From a plasmid: DNA of 64,000 nucleotides. The translations under genes and the position numbers were made by a program. The notes beneath the pieces were generated by a model that searched no databases, had not been told where the DNA came from, and saw nothing but the letters and a program-made list of their open reading frames with translations. Below, piece by piece: positions 58,389 through 64,000 of the stretch. How positions within the stretch are numbered: the stretch's first letter is position 1; each line of letters opens with the position of its first letter. The stretch is from the sequence record NZ_CP069398.1, one strand, 5' to 3'.

Positions 58389-59054
58389 CATGCCAAGTTG
58401 CATACGACTGAATCACGAGCAAACTATACGGATGCGGAAAGAGAATTTCAGGCGGAGATGACAGCCTATACGGTTTCGTCTTATTTTGGCATTGATACGA
58501 GTGAATATTCTCTAGGGTACTTGTCACACTGGACGAAAGGAAAGAGCTTTGAAGATAAAACCAAGCTTTTAAAAGAAGTACATGAAACGTCCGTTGGCTT
58601 TATTGAAACAATAGAAGAAACGTTGGTAAAAGAACGAGAAAAAAACCAGTCACCAGAAAAAAACGATGAAAAACAGCAGCAAGCAGATCCTCTTTCTTCT
58701 CAAAACGTGCATGAGAAAATGAAAGAAGGTTATGAGAACTATAAGCAAAAGCAGCAACAGGAATCGTCACAAAATGTAGATAGTATTTTAGATCGTGTCA
58801 CGGCTGAAGAGAAATATTATTCAACCAAAACACAAGCGATCAAAAATGGATGGATGACAAAAGAAGAAGTCGTGAAACTTGAACATCAGATCGATTCGAA
58901 CGTCACTAAAAACGAGAAGGGAGTCATCAATGGTCAAGTTCAGGAACAATCTCTTACTTTTCAAGAACGTGTTGAAGTGGGTAATCACATGCAATTCCAA
59001 AAACGTACAGGCACCGTCAAAAAGAAAAAAGAAGAACAGGAACTCGAAAGGTAA
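58389..59054 (+). CDS. ArdC-like protein, exon 2 (metalloprotease-like domain followed by a Gln/Lys-rich tail). The spliced junction reads LLHEMT|HAKLH, that is HEMTH.
   Basis: In-frame continuation from 58389. The 5' part of ORF-track entry 58305..59054 is intron domain VI. Confidence 0.6.
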   Translation, partial: HAKLHTTESRANYTDAEREFQAEMTAYTVSSYFGIDTSEYSLGYLSHWTKGKSFEDKTKLLKEVHETSVGFIETIEETLVKEREKNQSPEKNDEKQQQADPLSSQNVHEKMKEGYENYKQKQQQESSQNVDSILDRVTAEEKYYSTKTQAIKNGWMTKEEVVKLEHQIDSNVTKNEKGVINGQVQEQSLTFQERVEVGNHMQFQKRTGTVKKKKEEQELER

Positions 59055-59145
59055 AGTATAGCAAGAGTATTTGACGGCACATCAGATAAATATTGTGCAA
59101 ACAAAGAATAGCAAAAAGACGATGCCAATCACCGTCTCAATAGAA

Positions 59146-59322
59146 CTAGTTTTTGTTTCCAGTGAACTTATTTTTAAAATAAAGGTAATCAACCTTGTGT
59201 TTAGTGGCCATCAACTGTGATGCAAGTATTGCTGTATAAACTGTTGTTAATAGTATTGAAAGAATTCCAATACCAACTAACGGGTTATTTTTATTACCCA
59301 AGTTTTCCCCCTCCTTGTTCAT
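59146..59322 (-). CDS. Candidate small hydrophobic peptide (51-58 aa, one TM then a basic tail KHKVDYLYFKNKFTGNKN), convergent with ardC. Type I toxin-like topology.
   Basis: Own translation. An internal TTG at 59301 lies 7 nt after AAGGAGG. Not in the ORF track because it is shorter than 60 aa. Confidence 0.25.
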   Translation of the reverse strand: MNKEGENLGNKNNPLVGIGILSILLTTVYTAILASQLMATKHKVDYLYFKNKFTGNKN

Positions 59323-59483
59323 AATTCGTAGATAAGGATATTTTCTGTAAAGAGATCAATTTTATACTGGAAAAATGAAGTGATTTGAACCTAACAAAAT
59401 TAAATTTAAAAAGCAGAGCTGGTTAATTCCTCTGCTTTTTCTTTTATAAATAATCCTTTCTTTCACATTTAAAACCAAATTAA

Positions 59484-60530
59484 TTGGAGGAATATATGAT
59501 GAAAAAAATTACGTCTCTTTCAAATGGCCAATTTAAAACGTTTATTTCCGATAAACGAGAACTCAAGAAGTTTATGAAACACCCACAAAATGAAAAGATC
59601 GAGGCAGGTTGGGCAAATATCAGTGGTGAACAGCTGCAAGACATTCCTTCTGGTGCTGTTTACTTAACACAATCAGCTATAGGGGAAGAAAAACCGCAGG
59701 TTTTGTTTGTTTCCACCGATGAAAGAGGGCAAAAACAAGCCTATGAAAGTGAAGCAACACTTGATTTTTTAAAGAGTCATGATGTGAACCCTGTTTTAGA
59801 GAAAGGTCGAGAAACGCAGCTCAAAACGAGCTATATTACGTTTTTACAGGCTCATGATAAAGAGAAACCTCAAGATATTGATAGCATGTTAGCCCGTGTG
59901 AATGCAGAAAACGATTATGTCATGTTGAAATCAAGTGCCTTAAAGGAAAAGCAGTTCACCTCTGACCAATTGAAAGGTATGGAGAATGAGCTTTCTCATC
60001 AGTTTCAAGCACGTAAACAGACACAAGAAAAGGACCGATATCAAGAAGATTACAAACAAGAAGTACTAGAAGTTATGCAGCAGCCTAGCGAAGAAACACA
60101 GTATAAGCAGCTATTTAAACAAAGCTTGTTAGCCCAATTAGGCATATCAGATGAAAAAGATTCTTCTAAAGGAGTGAAAAAGGAAGCTGAATCAGAAAAG
60201 ACTCCTGTCGAAAAGCAGCTCAAGCAAGAAACACCTCAAGAGAAAGAGCAGCGTTTGGCCAAAATGAAGGAGTTTGAACAAAAGCATTCCTTTGATAAGG
60301 TGTACAAATTGAAAAAAGAAGTGCTGCAGGAATTAAAAGAGCTCAATTTGACTGATTCTCAACGTGAGAAATTAACCAAGCTTGAAAAGGCTTTAGACAC
60401 GGAGAAAAAGGATCATGACAAGCAGAAAAAAGAAGAGAAATCACAGAATGGATTTACGAAGTTTTTTGCACGGAATAGTGGAGCAAATTCTTCGAGAAAA
60501 CAGAAAGAGACACAAGAAATGGAACGTTAA
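59484..60530 (+). CDS. Hypothetical protein (348 aa, coiled-coil-rich C-terminus).
   Basis: ORF with RBS TGGAGG. Confidence 0.5.
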   Translation: MEEYMMKKITSLSNGQFKTFISDKRELKKFMKHPQNEKIEAGWANISGEQLQDIPSGAVYLTQSAIGEEKPQVLFVSTDERGQKQAYESEATLDFLKSHDVNPVLEKGRETQLKTSYITFLQAHDKEKPQDIDSMLARVNAENDYVMLKSSALKEKQFTSDQLKGMENELSHQFQARKQTQEKDRYQEDYKQEVLEVMQQPSEETQYKQLFKQSLLAQLGISDEKDSSKGVKKEAESEKTPVEKQLKQETPQEKEQRLAKMKEFEQKHSFDKVYKLKKEVLQELKELNLTDSQREKLTKLEKALDTEKKDHDKQKKEEKSQNGFTKFFARNSGANSSRKQKETQEMER

Positions 60531-60644
60531 AAAAAGCAAAAGTTTAGACGGAATGGGAGGGCTGAAAAGCTCTCCTTTTTCATATCGTGGAGTGAAGGAG
60601 GGATTTAGGTGGGAGAACGAAAATACGTCAAGGAGGAGGAGGTT

Positions 60645-61598
60645 ATGAAAGCCAGAGATATTGATTTGTTGTCGTATCTGGAAGCCAAAGGCGAAATCTT
60701 TGTAAAAGAAGGAAAGTACTATCGTCATACGGAACATGATAGCTTACTCATCAAAGGAAATATGTACGCTTGGAACAGCCGGAATGAAACAGGATATGGA
60801 GCGATCAGTTTCGCTCGAATGTATTATGGAATGTCATTTCCACAAGCCGTATTAGATATTAATAAAGGTGATTATAAAGAGCTTTCTCAGTCACATGAAC
60901 AACCGTCGGTTTCACTATCAAAAGAGCCTTTTCGCTATCCAAAAGAGTTAGAAGTAAAGGATCAAAGCAAAATAAAGGACTATCTCATAAAAGAACGTAA
61001 AATAGATTCTCGGTTAGTTGACTGGCTCCTTCAAAAAGATTTAATCGCCCAGGACAAACGGAACAATGTGGTGTTTAAATGGCGTGAACATGGAGGTAAA
61101 GGAAAGGTAATTGGGGCAGATCGGCAAGGTACAGCTTCGATAAAAAATAAACGAGGTTCTTTTAAACAAGTCTTACCGAACGATAACCCACATACAGGCT
61201 TTTCAGTTGATGTTGGTCGTCCAAATAATATTTATTTCTTTGAAAGCCCCATTGATCTTCTTTCTTATTGGAGTATACAGGAAAATAAATTGCAGAATAC
61301 GCGCCTTATTAGTATGAATGGCTTAAAACCTAAAACTGTTGCCCAATCTTATATCGAAGCTCGAAGAGAAGGCTTAGGCATTAAAGAAATGGTGCTAGCT
61401 GTCGATAATGACCAAGGAGGAAAAGAATTTATTGACAAAATGAACCAAATCGTTAATGCTGATTTAATAAGAGCAGATATTCCAAAGGGAGCGAAAGACT
61501 GGAACGATCAATTAAAGAAGAATGGAAAAAGCATTCAACCTGTGGCATCACGTCTCCGAAATAAACAAACAGAACAGGAGCTTTCAATGAATGGATAA
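60645..61598 (+). CDS. Toprim-domain protein (DUF3991/Toprim-type, conjugative primase-like).
   Basis: Toprim acidic motifs VLAVDNDQGGKEF and KGAKDWND. Start at ATG 60645 after GGAGGAGGAGG. Confidence 0.55.
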   Translation: MKARDIDLLSYLEAKGEIFVKEGKYYRHTEHDSLLIKGNMYAWNSRNETGYGAISFARMYYGMSFPQAVLDINKGDYKELSQSHEQPSVSLSKEPFRYPKELEVKDQSKIKDYLIKERKIDSRLVDWLLQKDLIAQDKRNNVVFKWREHGGKGKVIGADRQGTASIKNKRGSFKQVLPNDNPHTGFSVDVGRPNNIYFFESPIDLLSYWSIQENKLQNTRLISMNGLKPKTVAQSYIEARREGLGIKEMVLAVDNDQGGKEFIDKMNQIVNADLIRADIPKGAKDWNDQLKKNGKSIQPVASRLRNKQTEQELSMNG

Positions 61599-62256
61599 AG
61601 TGTTTCAAAGTGTATTTTATCTTTTTCTTATCATCATTCTATTTAAGCTTTCTCAATTTGCTTACCGTGTCATTCGTGAACGGAAGTATATGAAAGAGCT
61701 AGCCCAATCAGGTATGCCCTATATTGATAAAATGGATGGTTATCAGTTCGAAATTTATCTAAAAGCACTTTTTCAGCAATTAGGTTACAAAACTCAAGTG
61801 ACGCAAAAGTCTGGTGATTTTGGGGCTGACTTGGTGATGGAAGGCAAGGATAAGATTGTGATTCAGGCCAAACGATATGGAGTTAAAAACCGGGTGAGTC
61901 TTTCTGCTGTACAAGAAGTTTATGGAGCAAAAGCGTATTATAAAGCGAATCAAGCTTGGGTCGTGACCAATAGTTATTTTACGAAACAGGCTAAAGAGTT
62001 AGCAGCTGCATGTGATGTAACGTTAGTGGATCGTGCGGATCTTCAAAAGTTTATTAATGAAGTCAAACCTGTCTTTAAGGCACGGGAAATCTTTGAAAAT
62101 ATCACACCAGAACCTCGTAAGTGTCCGAAATGTGGGCAAGATCTAGTCGTACGAGATGGGAATGGCACTCGCTTTTTTGGTTGTTCCTCTTTCCCTTCTT
62201 GTCGTCATACAGAGAAAATTAATAAGGAAGTAAGTAAAAGCAGACCTTCAGTATAG
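61591..62256 (+). CDS. Membrane-anchored Mrr-like restriction endonuclease domain protein with a C-terminal topoisomerase-type Zn-ribbon.
   Basis: N-terminal TM. GDFGADLV..IVIQAKRY (Mrr_cat D..ExK). CPKCGQDLVVRDG..FFGCSSFPSCRH. Confidence 0.6.
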   Translation: MDKVFQSVFYLFLIIILFKLSQFAYRVIRERKYMKELAQSGMPYIDKMDGYQFEIYLKALFQQLGYKTQVTQKSGDFGADLVMEGKDKIVIQAKRYGVKNRVSLSAVQEVYGAKAYYKANQAWVVTNSYFTKQAKELAAACDVTLVDRADLQKFINEVKPVFKAREIFENITPEPRKCPKCGQDLVVRDGNGTRFFGCSSFPSCRHTEKINKEVSKSRPSV

Positions 62257-62677
62257 TAAGGTCTGTTTTTTCTTGCTCTAAAAAGGAGCCGATGTTATAA
62301 GTTCATATACTGGTCTTAATTGATCGGTGAAGGGATATTTTTTATGTATAACTCATTAGATTCATCACATAATATCAGTGTAATGGTATTGTTCTCTCTG
62401 CAAAGGGATTCAATCACACTTACCCTACTTAAATCTTCCTTCTAACTAACTGATTGAGTGGGGTTCTTTTTTAGGTGTATTTTTAAGACACTGATACTTG
62501 CATCAAATGTACTTACGCAAAACAAACGTTAATTGCGATAGAGAATGTTTCTTTACATGTCAAAATCATCAATGAAATAGGCTTTTGTTCATAAATTATT
62601 GTTACGAAAAACACCTTCAAATAAAGAAGGTGTTTTTTCTGTTTTATATACAAATGATAAAAAGAGGAGTGTTTGAG

Positions 62678-63238
62678 ATGAAGAATCTATTCATTAAATT
62701 AGTCACTGTTTTTATATTATTGATGGCTACACTATATGGAATGCCGGTAGGGGAAACGGAAGCTGCCAATAAAGCATCTAATCAAGACTTCATTATTATT
62801 AACAAAAAATATAACAAGCTTGCATATTTTCATAACGGTTATATTGAAATCGTTGATCCAGTAGCAACGGGTAAAACATGGGAGAAAACACCTGTTGGAT
62901 TTTTTAAAGTGGTGAACAAGATTAAAAATCGCCCTTATTATACAGGACATATTCCCGGGGGAGATCCTCGTAATCCATTAGGAAAGCGTTGGTTAGGATT
63001 AAATGCAGGCGGTACGAATGGTGATACATACGGCATTCACGGAAATAATAATGAAAGCAGCATTGGAAAATACGTGAGTCACGGATGTGTCAGAATGCAT
63101 AATACAGATGTGGAGAAGCTTTATGAGAAAGTTGAAGTTGACACACCGGTTGTGATTACGTATTCCTATAAGAGCTTTATTGATCTCACTAAGATTTATG
63201 GATATACGTTTAAAGGCTACAAGTTAAAAAATAACTAA
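62678..63238 (+). CDS. Secreted L,D-transpeptidase (YkuD domain).
   Basis: Signal peptide. Catalytic HGCVRM. ATG at 62678 after AAAGAGGAG. Confidence 0.8.
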   Translation: MKNLFIKLVTVFILLMATLYGMPVGETEAANKASNQDFIIINKKYNKLAYFHNGYIEIVDPVATGKTWEKTPVGFFKVVNKIKNRPYYTGHIPGGDPRNPLGKRWLGLNAGGTNGDTYGIHGNNNESSIGKYVSHGCVRMHNTDVEKLYEKVEVDTPVVITYSYKSFIDLTKIYGYTFKGYKLKNN

Positions 63239-63341
63239 TGATTAGGCAGCATTCCGTTATTACGGGATGCTGTTTTTTCTTTGTCTTCTTTCCATATAGC
63301 CCTTATCATAGAAATAGATGAAAAATATGGTGGAGGGGGAT

Positions 63342-63566
63342 ATGGTTATGCGAGCAAAAATAGAAAAGGCTAAACATGTGGTAATGTTTAGAGCTACAGG
63401 AGAGTTTTATGCGCATGAGGTCAATCAAGATAAAATAAGAATGGGTTTCTTTGTCTGTCCTTCATGTGAAGTCACAGTACATTATAAACACGATCATTTC
63501 TTTTCCCGTGAACATACACGAAATTGTATCTATGTGAAAGAACAATTTAAGAAAAAAGCCTACTAG
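63342..63566 (+). CDS. Hypothetical small protein (Cys-containing, C..C..H..H).
   Basis: ORF. Start chosen after GGTGGAGGGGG. Confidence 0.3.
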   Translation: MVMRAKIEKAKHVVMFRATGEFYAHEVNQDKIRMGFFVCPSCEVTVHYKHDHFFSREHTRNCIYVKEQFKKKAY

Positions 63567-63622
63567 GTAAATGAAGATTCAATGGTTTTATATGGAACTA
63601 CGGAGAAAAGGGGGAAAACGAT

Positions 63623-63934
63623 ATGAAAAATCATGTTTATCAAAATGGACGCTTAATTCAAACGAATAAAAAGTTTTCAGCATTGAGGCAAAAGCAGAAA
63701 GAATGGATAACAAACGAATTAAGACAACGCTATATTCGTGCGATTAACTACCCTCACGTCAAATTACACCCTAGGAAACGAGATCAAATTTTAGACGAAG
63801 TTTATGATCTTATTGAGGGAAAAGAAATTTGGATACCTTATGGTGAAGTGAAGAGACACTATTTTAGCAAAATCCCTTCGTTTATTCGTAAGAATAAGAA
63901 AATGATGCAAGAAGAAATAAAAGGTGAATCATAA
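63623..63934 (+). CDS. Hypothetical protein (103 aa).
   Basis: ORF with RBS AAAGGGGGAAAA. Confidence 0.4.
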   Translation: MKNHVYQNGRLIQTNKKFSALRQKQKEWITNELRQRYIRAINYPHVKLHPRKRDQILDEVYDLIEGKEIWIPYGEVKRHYFSKIPSFIRKNKKMMQEEIKGES

Positions 63935-64000
63935 GATGGCTAGAGTAGTTATAGAATGGGACTATTTTAAACATTCGACAGCGTTGAGACTACATAAACA

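Overview
Low-GC (~35%) Firmicute DNA, Bacillus-like (alpha/beta-type SASP gene, Spx-type regulators, Cheo-type LexA boxes, Gram-positive T4SS). The window is strongly mosaic, mostly accessory, and carries five mobile genetic elements.

Left half (1-28.7 kb):
- Two diverged copies of an SOS cassette (Y-family polymerase, YolD-like, Zn-ribbon ORF, Spx paralog), each with tandem LexA boxes. Copy 1 is invaded by a DHFR-like pseudogene and a methionine aminopeptidase gene.
- A type IIS-like restriction-modification locus (9.6-17.7 kb): a tandem Dam-like double methyltransferase flanked by two divergent, homologous AlwI-family-like endonuclease paralogs, plus an uncharacterised 327-aa partner ORF.
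- Separately, IS21 (7.4-9.6 kb), IS3 (19.1-20.3 kb) and IS4 (24.9-26.6 kb) elements. The IS4 element truncates a SIS-domain regulator gene; an intact PTS EIIA gene lies beside the fragment.

Right half (28.8-64 kb), a plasmid/ICE-like conjugative module:
- A tRNA-like element, a Rep-like HTH protein, an iteron-like repeat block, and a cargo two-component module (small membrane protein, alpha/beta hydrolase, 6-TM histidine kinase, LuxR response regulator).
- A cI/cro-like switch with a 470-nt structured leader, followed by a Gram-positive T4SS: VirD4/TraG coupling protein, VirB6-like protein with an 84-bp x ~11 tandem repeat, VirB3-like protein, VirB4 ATPase, and a CwlT-like hydrolase.
- The T4SS gene block is interrupted by an IS110 element. 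Downstream are a VirB8-like candidate, an oriT with 8 iterons, a MobC-like protein and a relaxase.
- An ArdC-like gene is split exactly within its HExxH codons by a 2.6-kb group II intron.
- A Toprim/DUF3991 primase-like protein, a membrane-anchored Mrr-like nuclease and an L,D-transpeptidase follow.

The best candidates for something undescribed are the two-paralog AlwI-like locus with its unknown 327-aa partner, and the hydrolase/histidine-kinase/response-regulator cargo module.
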